From positions 1,152-65,151 of the forward strand of contig DAOUJQ010000016.1 of NCBI GenBank assembly GCA_034422455.1: a stretch of DNA of 64,000 nt, given 5' to 3'. The position numbers were made by a program, and so were the translations under genes. Below are positions 1 to 8,866 of the stretch, piece by piece. Source of the stretch: Dehalococcoidia bacterium. Its GTDB lineage: Bacteria; Chloroflexota; Dehalococcoidia; Lucifugimonadales; UBA1127. Positions within the stretch are counted from its first letter, which is position 1, and each line of letters begins with the position of its first letter. The notes under the pieces were generated by a model. The model was not told where the DNA came from. It made no database searches and saw nothing but the letters and a program-made list of their open reading frames with translations.

Positions 1-2
1 TG

Positions 3-317
3 AAGGCGCTGGAGCTTGCCTCGCGGCCCAACACCTACGTCAAGTTCGGCGGCATCGGCGAGTTCGGCCAGCGGCCGGGCCGCCTCGTGCCGGAGCTGCG
101 GTTCGAGGACGTGCCCCCAGCGATGGAGATGGCCTACGAAGCCTTCGGCGCGCGTCGCATGATGTGGGGCAGCGACTTCCCGCCCGTCGCCGGCCGCGAG
201 GGCTACCGCAACTCCCTCGTGGGCACCCTCGACCACCCGGTCTTCAAGACCGAAGAAGAGCGCGAGTGGGCTTTCAGCATGACGGCGCTGCAGGCGTTCC
301 GGGTGGCAGAGGTTTAG
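3..317 (+). CDS. amidohydrolase-family protein, C-terminal part (5' end lies outside the window)
   Basis: The frame-3 ORF is open from the window edge to TAG 315-317. Its C-terminal sequence (..RRMMWGSDFPPV..) resembles metal-dependent amidohydrolase C-termini. Recognised by eye only. Confidence 0.5.
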   Translation, partial: KALELASRPNTYVKFGGIGEFGQRPGRLVPELRFEDVPPAMEMAYEAFGARRMMWGSDFPPVAGREGYRNSLVGTLDHPVFKTEEEREWAFSMTALQAFRVAEV

Positions 318-389
318 CGAGGCCCCTTCCCCCGTAAGGGGGGAAGGCTGGGATGGGGGGCTTTCCCACAAAGAACAAACCCAGAGGAG

Positions 390-626
390 ATGACCATGTT
401 CCACTGCACCGTTTGCAGTTCAGGCGAATGTCGGGATGAGACGGTTGATTCCGTCTTCAAGGTGGACGGCGAGTACGTGCTTGTGAACGGTGTTCCGGCC
501 GTAGTGTGTCGCCGGTGCGGTGAACGCTCGTTCAGCAGGGAAACAACGGAGAAGGTACGCCTCCTGGTCCACAGCGAATCAGAGGCCCCAAGGTCCGTCC
601 CCATGCGAGCCTATGATTTCGCGTAG
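390..626 (+). CDS. YgiT-type (MqsA N-terminal-like) zinc-ribbon protein
   Basis: 78-aa ORF with a GAGGAG-like RBS upstream. It has two Cys pairs (CTVC ... CRRC) in the spacing typical of YgiT/MqsA zinc ribbons. There is no HTH domain and no toxin-like neighbour. Confidence 0.55.
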   Translation: MTMFHCTVCSSGECRDETVDSVFKVDGEYVLVNGVPAVVCRRCGERSFSRETTEKVRLLVHSESEAPRSVPMRAYDFA

Positions 627-742
627 CCCTTCGGATGCGCTACCCTGTAACGCATCCGAGAAGCCGGTGATGCCCGACGCACGAGTGCGGCCCAGTCCGT
701 TCGCCTTTAGGCAAGTTCAGAGCGAGCGGACTGGGCCAACCC

Positions 743-2065
743 CTACCCGGCCTCCTGCGCCTTCGCTGCCTGCGGTGCCAACCCTGCGGCAGCATCGGGG
801 CGCGGCGGCCGCGCAAGCAGCATTGCGCCCGCGCACAGCACCCACGACAGCCCCATGCACCACAGGCCAAACGTGTACCCGCCCGTCCGGTCGAAGCTCT
901 GCGCCATCAGCAGCGGCCCGGACGCCATGACCGCCGTCTCGAAGGGCCGGCTGACGCCCACAATCGCGCCCAGGTGCCGTCGGCCGAAGTAGGCAGGCAT
1001 GACCAGCGAGTTCGTGCCGATGAGCCCGCCGATGCCGAAGCCCGCAAACGCCGCGTACGCCAGCGCCACGTCGCCGGTCAGGAAGATGAGCATCGGCATG
1101 GACACTGCGGAGAACACGGCAATGGCGATGATCACCGTCCGGATGTGATAGCGCTCCGCCAGGAAGCCCCAGAAGAAGCGCGCGAGCACGCTGAAGAGAC
1201 CGTAGATGCTGAAGCCCAGCGCCGCCGTCTGCGTCGTGTGTCCCTTGTCGATGAACATGGGCACCAGCGTCGATGGCACGCCGTTGGGCGACAGGCTCGC
1301 CGAAGCGAGGCCGAAGACCAGCACCCACATGAGGGGCGTTCGCACCGCCTCCGACAAGGTGTAGTCGCGTACGTGCTGGACCGCCGCGGCCCGGCCCGCC
1401 GGGATAGGCTCGATGCCGCCGTCAGGTTCCAGGCCGACGTCCTCCGGTTGCCGCCACACCAGGAAGGCGAGGGGAACCGTGGTGGCCGCCGTCAGCACGC
1501 CCAGGAACACCCATGTCCCACGCCAGCCGACAGCCTCCAGGACGAGGGCGAACAGCGGGGGCAGCACGAACGCCGCTGCGCCAGACCCCATCGTCGCGAA
1601 GGCCATGGCCCGTCCGCGCTTGCGGAAGAACCATCGCGGCACCACGGCCGACATGAGGAGGAAGCCCGCGCCGGCAACCGAGAACCCGCCGACGACACCG
1701 TAGAGTATGAAAAACTGCCATTGCTCCTCGACGTAGGCTACCCCCACCAGCGAGATCGCTGCCAGCACGCTGCCGATGACGGCCAGCACCCTTGCGCCGT
1801 GCTTGAGGTCGGCGAACCTCCCCAGCAGGAATATGCTGGCGGCCCCGATCAGCATCCGCATCGTGAGTCCGAGGTAGATCGACGAGAGGCTCCAGTCCAG
1901 ATCGTCGCGCATGGGGACCGCAATGACGCTGGTCGCCCAGAAGGCGCCGGCCGTGATGAAGCCCATCACGAAGGTAATGGCGACAATCACCCAGCCGTAG
2001 AAGAACGGCAGCCTTGCCGGCCACGACTGTGGATGCTCACCTGTTCGCTGTTCCGCCATCCGCAC
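743..2065 (-). CDS. MFS transporter
   Basis: 440-aa ORF that is hydrophobic throughout with about 12 TM-like segments. Its N-terminal LPFFYGWVIV motif is shared with the other MFS-like ORFs in the window. Confidence 0.8.
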   Translation of the reverse strand: MRMAEQRTGEHPQSWPARLPFFYGWVIVAITFVMGFITAGAFWATSVIAVPMRDDLDWSLSSIYLGLTMRMLIGAASIFLLGRFADLKHGARVLAVIGSVLAAISLVGVAYVEEQWQFFILYGVVGGFSVAGAGFLLMSAVVPRWFFRKRGRAMAFATMGSGAAAFVLPPLFALVLEAVGWRGTWVFLGVLTAATTVPLAFLVWRQPEDVGLEPDGGIEPIPAGRAAAVQHVRDYTLSEAVRTPLMWVLVFGLASASLSPNGVPSTLVPMFIDKGHTTQTAALGFSIYGLFSVLARFFWGFLAERYHIRTVIIAIAVFSAVSMPMLIFLTGDVALAYAAFAGFGIGGLIGTNSLVMPAYFGRRHLGAIVGVSRPFETAVMASGPLLMAQSFDRTGGYTFGLWCMGLSWVLCAGAMLLARPPRPDAAAGLAPQAAKAQEAG

Positions 2066-2083
2066 CCTTCCGGTTGGTTTGGG

Positions 2084-3397
2084 CTACCCCGCCTCCTGCG
2101 CCTTGGCGGCCCGCGGCGCCCGCTTTGCCGGCTCATCCTGCCGAGGCGTCCTCGCAAGACTGATGAACGCTGCGCACAGGATCCACGAAAGCCCCATGAG
2201 CCACAGGCCGAACGTGTACGCGCCCGTCCGGTCGAAGCTCTGCGCCATCAGCAGCGGCCCCGCCGCGTTCACCACCGTCGCGAACGGCCTGCCCACGCCC
2301 ACGATCGCCCCCAGGTGGCTCCGCCCGAAGTACGCAGGCCACACGAGCTGCTGCGTCCCAATGAACCCGCCGATGCCGAAGCCCGCCAGCACCGAGTATG
2401 CCAGCGCGACGTTGCCGTCCATGAAGATGAGGAGCGGCAGGGCGAGCCCGGTGAACAGCCCGATGGCGATGATGACGACGCGGATGTGATACCGCTCCGC
2501 CAGGAAACCCCAGAAGAACCGGGCCAGCATGCTGAACAGCCCGTAGATACTGAACCCCAGCGCCGCCACCTGCGTCGAATGCCCCTTCTCGATGTACATC
2601 GGCACTAGGCTCACCGGCAGGCCGTTCGGCGACAGGCTCGCCGCGGCCACCGCCGCCACAAGTATCCACAGGACAGGGGCTTTCATCGCCTCCGACAGGG
2701 TATAGTTGCGCACGGCTTGGGCGGCCGCCGTGCTCCGCGCCTGCACCGGCGTCTCCTCGCCGTCCTGGTGCAGCCCTATGTCCTCCGGCTGCCGCCACAC
2801 CAGCAGCGCCGGCAGCACGGTGAAGGTCGCCGTCAACGTCGCGAGCACCACCCACGTGCCCCGCCAGCCGACGCTCTCGAAGATGAGCGCCATGAACGGC
2901 GGGAGGATGAAGGCCGCCGCCGCAGACCCCATTGTGGCCATCGCTACCGCGCGGCCGCGCTTGCGGAAGAACCAGCGCGGCACCACGGCAGACATGATGA
3001 GGAATCCTGTCCCCGCCGTCGTCATGCCGCCAAGGACCCCGTAGAGCAGCAGGAACTGCCAGTGCGACTCCACCTGCGATACGGCCAGCAGCGTCAGCGC
3101 GGACAGTCCTCCGCTCACCACCGCCAGCGTCCGCGCCCCGTTCCGCAGGTCGGCAAACCGTCCCAGGATGAACATGCCGGCTGCGCCCACCAGGCCGCGC
3201 GTCGTGATGCCGATGTAGATGGACGAGAGGCTCCAGCCGAGGTCCTCGCGCATCGGCACCGCGATGACGCTCGTCGCCCAGAACACCCCTGCCGTTATGA
3301 AGCTCATCAGGAACGCAATGACGACGATGACCCAGCCGTAGAAGAAGGGCAGCCTGCCCTGCCACGGGACGGCCCTCTGTTGCTCCCCCCTGTCCAT
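2084..3397 (-). CDS. MFS transporter (tandem paralogue of 743-2065)
   Basis: Roughly 70% aa identity to the neighbour by eye. I moved the start to ATG 3395-3397, which is preceded by AAGGAG. The ORF-track start at 3427 remains possible. Confidence 0.8.
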   Translation of the reverse strand: MDRGEQQRAVPWQGRLPFFYGWVIVVIAFLMSFITAGVFWATSVIAVPMREDLGWSLSSIYIGITTRGLVGAAGMFILGRFADLRNGARTLAVVSGGLSALTLLAVSQVESHWQFLLLYGVLGGMTTAGTGFLIMSAVVPRWFFRKRGRAVAMATMGSAAAAFILPPFMALIFESVGWRGTWVVLATLTATFTVLPALLVWRQPEDIGLHQDGEETPVQARSTAAAQAVRNYTLSEAMKAPVLWILVAAVAAASLSPNGLPVSLVPMYIEKGHSTQVAALGFSIYGLFSMLARFFWGFLAERYHIRVVIIAIGLFTGLALPLLIFMDGNVALAYSVLAGFGIGGFIGTQQLVWPAYFGRSHLGAIVGVGRPFATVVNAAGPLLMAQSFDRTGAYTFGLWLMGLSWILCAAFISLARTPRQDEPAKRAPRAAKAQEAG

Positions 3398-3494
3398 GCG
3401 CTCCTTTACCAATGCCTCACAGTACACAAAGAATGAGCCCCACGACCCTCCATGAGGTGAGCCGTGGGGCTCTCTACAGCCACTCAGTAGTTGC

Positions 3495-4754
3495 CTACTT
3501 CACGGTTATGTCTTCCCACACCTCGGAGTCCTGCGTGAAGTATACATCCCTCGGCAGCACGCAGCCGCCGGACCGCACCTTGTACGACTCGGGGTGGTGC
3601 GGCTGGTAGGGCTCGATGCCCTCCTCCAGCCTTCGCGCAGCCTTGATCAGGTGCCGGCGCATGCGGATGATCGCCATGTCGGTGGTCGCCAGGTGCTCCT
3701 TGGAGCGGTCGGCGATGGTCCCCATGCTGTCCGTCATCGCGGAGTCCTGCGCCCGGACGAACTCGATACCCGTGTACGTCTCGTACTTCTGCGCGTGCCG
3801 GTCGATGTTGTAGTCGTTGCGGCGGTTGGCCTTCGCCAGCCAGGAGCCGTCGTCCATGATGTAGTGGTCGAAGTGGTACTCGAACCGCTCCTCTTCCGTG
3901 AGGGGCCGGTACGGGTTCCAACGGATGTGCACGAACCAGCAGTTCTCGTCGTCGATGGGCACCATGGCGCCGCCCTGCACGTGGCCGTGCGGCTCCCGCG
4001 GGATCATGGTGAAGTACGGGAATAGCCAGCGCGAGATGCGCCAGTAGTAGCTGTCCTCCTCAGCACGCCTCCGCGCGCCGATGAGGATGCCGCCGTCCGT
4101 GTCCTCTACGAAGAACTTGGGCGCCCGGTCCGGGAACTGGTACCTGCCTGCGAGCGTCGTGGCCGTGGGGGCCGTGTCGAGGCAGTCCAGCCGGCTGTGC
4201 AGCAGGGAGGCGTGCACCGTGTCGATGTCGCCCTCGATGACCTGCACGTAGTTGGACTCGTAGCGCAGCTTGGACACGGAGACGTGGTCCAGCGGCAGGG
4301 TGTTGTACTCCAGCAGCGGCAGGGGCGGCTCCAGCTCCGGCGGCCCCATGTAGGTCCAGATCAGCCCGCCGGCCTCCTTGACCGGGTAGGCGGTGATCTT
4401 CACCTTGTCCTTGAAGTTGCTCTCGGCCGGCTCCGACGGCATGTCGACGCACGTGCCGTCCTTGTTGAACTTCCACCCGTGGTAGACGCAGCGCAGCCCG
4501 CCCTCCTCGTTCCGGCCGAAGAAGAGGCTCGCCCTGCGGTGCGGGCAGTAGTTGTCGAGCAGCCCCACGTCGCCGTTGGAGTCCCGGTACGCCACCATGT
4601 CCTCGCCCAGAAGACGAGCGCGCAAGGGTGCGCCATCCGCCTCAGGCAACTCCTTGGAGAGCAGTATCGGGTGCCAGTAACGGCGCATCAGGTCGCCCAT
4701 CGGCGTGCCGGGGCCCACTCTGCACAAGTATTCCGTTTCTTCCCTGGTCAGCAT
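3495..4754 (-). CDS. Rieske [2Fe-2S] non-heme-iron oxygenase, alpha (catalytic) subunit, phthalate-family-like
   Basis: Rieske motif CPHRRASL..x..CVYHGWKF and mononuclear-iron motif EGDIDTVHASLLH. The start is set at ATG 4752-4754, which is preceded by GAGGAGG. Confidence 0.85.
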   Translation of the reverse strand: MLTREETEYLCRVGPGTPMGDLMRRYWHPILLSKELPEADGAPLRARLLGEDMVAYRDSNGDVGLLDNYCPHRRASLFFGRNEEGGLRCVYHGWKFNKDGTCVDMPSEPAESNFKDKVKITAYPVKEAGGLIWTYMGPPELEPPLPLLEYNTLPLDHVSVSKLRYESNYVQVIEGDIDTVHASLLHSRLDCLDTAPTATTLAGRYQFPDRAPKFFVEDTDGGILIGARRRAEEDSYYWRISRWLFPYFTMIPREPHGHVQGGAMVPIDDENCWFVHIRWNPYRPLTEEERFEYHFDHYIMDDGSWLAKANRRNDYNIDRHAQKYETYTGIEFVRAQDSAMTDSMGTIADRSKEHLATTDMAIIRMRRHLIKAARRLEEGIEPYQPHHPESYKVRSGGCVLPRDVYFTQDSEVWEDITVK

Positions 4755-4863
4755 GAGAAATGCCTCCTCTTTGCGCTGATGCTCCCCCTGACCTAACTTG
4801 CAAGCAACTATACCTAACTCCACGCACGCGCGCTAGACGGAAATTTCGATACTCTGCATTCCC

Positions 4864-5829
4864 CTACGGAATCAGCAGCAGCTTTCCCGTCGTCACGCGG
4901 CCCTGCAGCTGGCGGTGCGCCTCCGCCGCGTCCGACAGCGCGAACCGGCCGTGGACCTTCACGTTCAGCGCACCCGACTGCACCCAGCCGAGCACGTCGC
5001 CCGCGCGCCACTCCAGTTCCTCCCGCGTCGCCGTGTACGAGTTCAGCCCCGGCCGCGTCAGGAAGAGCGACTTCGGGTTCAGCGTCGCGAGGGTGACCGT
5101 CGGCACCGGGCCGCTGGCCTGCCCGTAGAGCACCATGTAGCCACGCTGGGCCAGGCAGGCCAGGCCCTTGTCAAACGTGTCCGCGCCCACGGCGTCGTAG
5201 ACGACGTTGACGCCCACCCCGCCGGTGATGCGCATGGTCTCTTCGGCAAAGTCCTGCTCGGTGTAGAGCACGGCGTGGTCAGCGCCCGCGCCCATCGCGA
5301 GGTCGGCCTTCTCCTGCGTCGAGACCGTCGTGATCACCGTCGCGCCGCGCATCTTGGCCATCTGGATGAGCAGCAGGCCGACGCCGCCGGCGCCCGAGTG
5401 CACCAGCGCCGTGTCGCCCTCGCCGAGCGGGTACGTGGTGTGCGAGAGGTAGTGCGCTGTCATGCCCTGCAGCATCGACGCTGCGCCCATCTCGATGTCC
5501 ATGTCGTCCGGCACCTTGATGAGCCGCCACGACGGCGCGACAACCTTCTCGGCGTACGAGCGGCCCGCGCCGGTGTAGGCGACGCGGTCGCCAACCGAGA
5601 CCTCGCTCACGCCTGGCCCGACCTTGACGACGACGCCCGCGCCCTCGCCGCCGGGGATGATGGGCAGCGTGGGGTTGTTGGCGCCGGACCGCATGTACAC
5701 GTCCATGTAGTTCACGCCGGCGGCATTGAGCTCGAGCAGCGCCTCGCCTTCACCCGGCTCTGGGTCCGGCACGTCCACGTACTCGAGCACTTCCGGGCCA
5801 CCCGCAACTGATACCTGTACGGCTTTCAT
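4864..5829 (-). CDS. NADPH:quinone oxidoreductase / zinc-type alcohol dehydrogenase superfamily (MDR) protein
   Basis: MKAVQV..GGPEVLEY..GVNYMDVYMRSG and the nucleotide motif SGAGGVGLLLIQ are typical of Qor-like MDR enzymes. The start at 5829 is preceded by AGGAGGAA. Confidence 0.85.
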   Translation of the reverse strand: MKAVQVSVAGGPEVLEYVDVPDPEPGEGEALLELNAAGVNYMDVYMRSGANNPTLPIIPGGEGAGVVVKVGPGVSEVSVGDRVAYTGAGRSYAEKVVAPSWRLIKVPDDMDIEMGAASMLQGMTAHYLSHTTYPLGEGDTALVHSGAGGVGLLLIQMAKMRGATVITTVSTQEKADLAMGAGADHAVLYTEQDFAEETMRITGGVGVNVVYDAVGADTFDKGLACLAQRGYMVLYGQASGPVPTVTLATLNPKSLFLTRPGLNSYTATREELEWRAGDVLGWVQSGALNVKVHGRFALSDAAEAHRQLQGRVTTGKLLLIP

Positions 5830-5880
5830 GTTTCCTCCTAGGTTCGTCATCCCGGCGCATGCCGGGATCCAGGGGTGGGG

Positions 5881-6270
5881 CTACCCCTCCACCACCGCGA
5901 TGACTTCGATCTGCACCTTCATGCCGCCGGGCGGGGGGTTGTACTGGCTCGTGTGCCTTGCGGGCCGGTCGTCCTCGTCCGGGAACATCTCCAGCCACGG
6001 CCCGTTCAGGGCCGGGCGATCGGCCAAGTCCTGCAGGTAGCACGTGATTCGCACAACGTCGTCCGTCGTCGCGCCCGCGTGCTCTAGGAACGTCCGCAGG
6101 TTGCGAAAGCACTGCCGCGCCTGCTCGTAGACGTCCTCACTCAGCTCGCCGTTGTCGGCGTTGATGCCCTGGATGCCGGAGCTGTAGACGACGTTGTCCA
6201 CTCGCGCGCCAAAGGGGATGGGCGCGTTGTGCGCCACGCCGGGGATGTGGATGGTCTGCCTTCTGCCCAT
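5881..6270 (-). CDS. RidA/YjgF/UK114-family protein
   Basis: 129-aa core (..VYSSGIQG...ITCYL...KVQIEVIAVV) with the RidA pattern. The start at ATG 6268-6270 has GGAGG upstream. Confidence 0.75.
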   Translation of the reverse strand: MGRRQTIHIPGVAHNAPIPFGARVDNVVYSSGIQGINADNGELSEDVYEQARQCFRNLRTFLEHAGATTDDVVRITCYLQDLADRPALNGPWLEMFPDEDDRPARHTSQYNPPPGGMKVQIEVIAVVEG

Positions 6271-6363
6271 TGCCGCCTCCATGCGTTGCTCGCCCACGAC
6301 ACACTGAGGCGACGCGGGGTGCAGCGGAACGGTAGCAGCAAGGGTCAAGCGTGGCAAGCGTAG

Positions 6364-6996
6364 CTACGTGACCCTCAGCACCCAGAACTGGTGCTCCAGC
6401 TCCGGCTCGCCCTTAGGGAGCAGGTGCTCCGGCGTGGTGCCCTCAACGACCGTGATCTTGCCGGCCGCCGCCAGCTCATCGTGCTTGGCCTGGAAGCCGC
6501 TCTCGACGAAAACGTCGGCGCGGACGGAGTAGACGATGTGGCCGCCGGGTTTGGTGACGCGCGTCAGCTCGTCCAGGCCGCTGGCCGGCGCGTGTGCCAG
6601 CGTGAACGTGCCGATGCATATGGTGGCGTCGAAGCTGGCGGTCTCGTAGCCCAACGTCTCGCCGAGGACCATCTGGTCAAAGCCCTCGTAGGCGCCGGTC
6701 TTCCTCGCCTCGTCCAGCATGCCCTGCGAGAGGTCCATGGCGACGATGGAGCCGTACCCCTTCTCTTTCAGCGCCGCGCCCACCAGTCCCGTGCCCGCGC
6801 CGGCGTCGAGGACGCGGGCGCTCGCCGGCTCGTACTTCGCCAGGATGTCCGCGCCGCGCTGCGGCCCGAGGTACCCAAAGTCCCGGTCGAGGTCCGCGTC
6901 GTATTCCGATGCCCACTCGTCATAGCGGGCCTGCAACTCGGCTCTGTCCCTGGACTCATAAATCCACTGGACCTTGTTCTGCTCGGTCATGGCCAT
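6364..6996 (-). CDS. class I SAM-dependent methyltransferase (METTL27/WBSCR27-like small MTase)
   Basis: SAM motif I VLDAGAGTGLVG, then the acidic post-I motif VAMDLS and KPGGHIVYS. Confidence 0.75.
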   Translation of the reverse strand: MAMTEQNKVQWIYESRDRAELQARYDEWASEYDADLDRDFGYLGPQRGADILAKYEPASARVLDAGAGTGLVGAALKEKGYGSIVAMDLSQGMLDEARKTGAYEGFDQMVLGETLGYETASFDATICIGTFTLAHAPASGLDELTRVTKPGGHIVYSVRADVFVESGFQAKHDELAAAGKITVVEGTTPEHLLPKGEPELEHQFWVLRVT

Positions 6997-7016
6997 CTCC
7001 TATTCTCCGCACGAGG

Positions 7017-7643
7017 CTAGCTGACCCGCAGCACCCAGACCTGGTGCTCGACCTCCGGCTCCCCGATGGGGAGGACGTGCTGCGGCTCGGTGGCCTCAAC
7101 GATCGAAAGCTTGCCCGCCGCCTCCAGCTCCGCATGCTTCTCCTTGAACCCGTTTTCGGCGTACACGTCGGGCCGCAGCGAGTAGATGATGTGGCCGCCC
7201 GGCTTGACCACGCGCACCAGGTCGTCGAGGCCGTTGGGGGGCACGTGGCCCACCGTGAACACGCCGACGCTGATGACGGCGTCAAAGCTGTCCGTCTCGT
7301 AGCCCAAAGTCTCGCCCAGGACCATCTGGTCGCAGCGCTCGTACGCCCCAGTCTTGCGGGCCTCGGCCAGCATACCCTGGGAGAGGTCCATGGCGACGAT
7401 GGACCCGTAGCCCTTCTCCTTGAGCGCCACGCCGACGAGGCCCGTGCCCGCCCCGGCATCGAGGACGCGCGCGTTTGTCGGCACGTACTTCTCGAAGACG
7501 CCTGCGGCCAGTGCGGGGGCAGACCACCCGAAGTCCCTCTCCAGGTCGGAGTCGTAGTCCGACGCCCACTGGTCGTATCGCTCCTGCAGCTCATTGAGAT
7601 TCTTTGACGAGTACACCCACTGCACCCGGTTCTGCTCAGTCAT
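7017..7643 (-). CDS. class I SAM-dependent methyltransferase (tandem paralogue of 6364-6996)
   Basis: Roughly 70% aa identity to the neighbour by eye, with the same motifs. The start is set at ATG 7641-7643 (MTEQNRVQW, matching the paralogue's MTEQNKVQW). Confidence 0.75.
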   Translation of the reverse strand: MTEQNRVQWVYSSKNLNELQERYDQWASDYDSDLERDFGWSAPALAAGVFEKYVPTNARVLDAGAGTGLVGVALKEKGYGSIVAMDLSQGMLAEARKTGAYERCDQMVLGETLGYETDSFDAVISVGVFTVGHVPPNGLDDLVRVVKPGGHIIYSLRPDVYAENGFKEKHAELEAAGKLSIVEATEPQHVLPIGEPEVEHQVWVLRVS

Positions 7644-7692
7644 GGCGCACGTCTCCTGTGCAATTGACGTTATGTAACACTGGGGATTAGGG

Positions 7693-8517
7693 CTAGCTTG
7701 CCCGTGCGATATAGAGGCCCCAGCCGAGCTCCTCCCGGTCGATGGCCTCAACCATCTTGCCGTATGCGAAGTTCAGCCCGGTCAGCCGCTCCTCCAGCTC
7801 GCCGTGCGCGTGCCAGGCCGCCTTCTCGCCGAGCATCACGTAGCTGCGCCGAAGGTACGGCGAAAGGTCCTCTGCCTCCAGGATGGTGAAGCCGATCTCC
7901 TTCAAATAGTCCTGGTAGCCGGTGAAGCTGAAGGGCGTGTCGAAAAGCAGGCGGTCGTACACGTACTGCCGGGACTGCTCGCTCACGTCCGGCTTCGGCT
8001 TCAGCAGGTCGTCGAGGACCAGCAGGCCGCCCTTCGCCAGCACCCGGCGGCTCTCCCGCAGCGCGGTCTCTTTGTCCGGCACGTGGTAGATGGTCGCCTG
8101 GCTCCACACACGGGTGAACTCGCCGTCCGCGAAGGGCAGGTCCGTGGCGGAGCCATGCTCGAAGCGCACCAACCGTTGCAGCTCCTCCGGCTCCCGCATC
8201 ATCATTTGCTTCGCATTGTCGATGCGGACGCCGCTCAGGTCGATGCCCGTGACGCGGCAGCCGTACCGCTCGGCGAGCCAACGCGAGGTCACGCCGTTGC
8301 CGCAGCCAAGGTCCAGCACGTGGGAGCTCGCGTCGATGCGGCCCTTCTCCGCCATGACCTCGTCGAGCCGCGCCGAGGCGCCCAGAAAGTCGCCGTCGGC
8401 TGTCCCGTCGAAGTAGCCCCAGTGCAGGCTGCCCTCGGCGTCCCAGAACGACCGGTAGATGGCGTCTTCTTCGTCGTAGAACCGCTCGGTTTGGGCTTCG
8501 CTAAACCGGCTGCTCAT
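7693..8517 (-). CDS. SAM-dependent N-methyltransferase, sarcosine/dimethylglycine N-methyltransferase (SDMT)-like
   Basis: The pattern FYD..D..Y..FW...GSLHWGYF, VLDLGCGNG, RVWSQATIYHVPDK, RVLAKGG matches the architecture I remember for SDMT-type enzymes. Substrate is unknown. Confidence 0.65.
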   Translation of the reverse strand: MSSRFSEAQTERFYDEEDAIYRSFWDAEGSLHWGYFDGTADGDFLGASARLDEVMAEKGRIDASSHVLDLGCGNGVTSRWLAERYGCRVTGIDLSGVRIDNAKQMMMREPEELQRLVRFEHGSATDLPFADGEFTRVWSQATIYHVPDKETALRESRRVLAKGGLLVLDDLLKPKPDVSEQSRQYVYDRLLFDTPFSFTGYQDYLKEIGFTILEAEDLSPYLRRSYVMLGEKAAWHAHGELEERLTGLNFAYGKMVEAIDREELGWGLYIARAS

Positions 8518-8866
8518 ACTTCGTCCTGAGGTAGTCGACGAAGCGGTTGTTCTCGTCGACCAGGATTTGCTTGGGATCGACGGGCGCGTCCGTGACCTCG
8601 TAGGCGAGGATGACGACGATGTCGCCGGGCTCGCAGAGGCGCGCGCCCGGGCCCTGCACGGCGATGGTGCCGGAGCCGTACTCGGCCGGGAGCACGTAGG
8701 TCTCCCAGCGGTTGCCGTTGTTGACGTTGCAGATGACGACCTGCTCGTACTCCCACAGGTCGCACCTCTGCATGAGCGCGCGGTCGATCTCGACGCTTCC
8801 GACGTAGTCGAGGCCTGTGCCGGTGACGACGCCTCGGTGGATCTTGGATTTCAAGACAATACGCAT
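8501..8866 (-). CDS. panD: aspartate 1-decarboxylase (pyruvoyl-dependent)
   Basis: MRIVLKSKIHRGVVT and the self-processing site LDYVG|SVEID. The start is set at ATG 8864-8866. The 3' end overlaps the start of the downstream methyltransferase by 17 nt. Confidence 0.9.
   Translation of the reverse strand: MRIVLKSKIHRGVVTGTGLDYVGSVEIDRALMQRCDLWEYEQVVICNVNNGNRWETYVLPAEYGSGTIAVQGPGARLCEPGDIVVILAYEVTDAPVDPKQILVDENNRFVDYLRTKYEQPV

Noticed and set aside
974-2608. Long ORF (544 aa) antisense to the two MFS genes. Similar long shadow ORFs occur at 13634-15343 (+), 19142-20323 (-), 20402-22012 (-), 23083-24597 (-), 25384-26961 (-), 36196-38271 (-), 45484-47262 (+) and 62471-63736 (+).
   Set aside because: All are Arg/Gly/Pro/His-rich translations with no recognisable motifs, and each lies opposite or out of frame to a well-supported gene. 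Such stop-free shadow frames are expected in DNA with about 65% GC.
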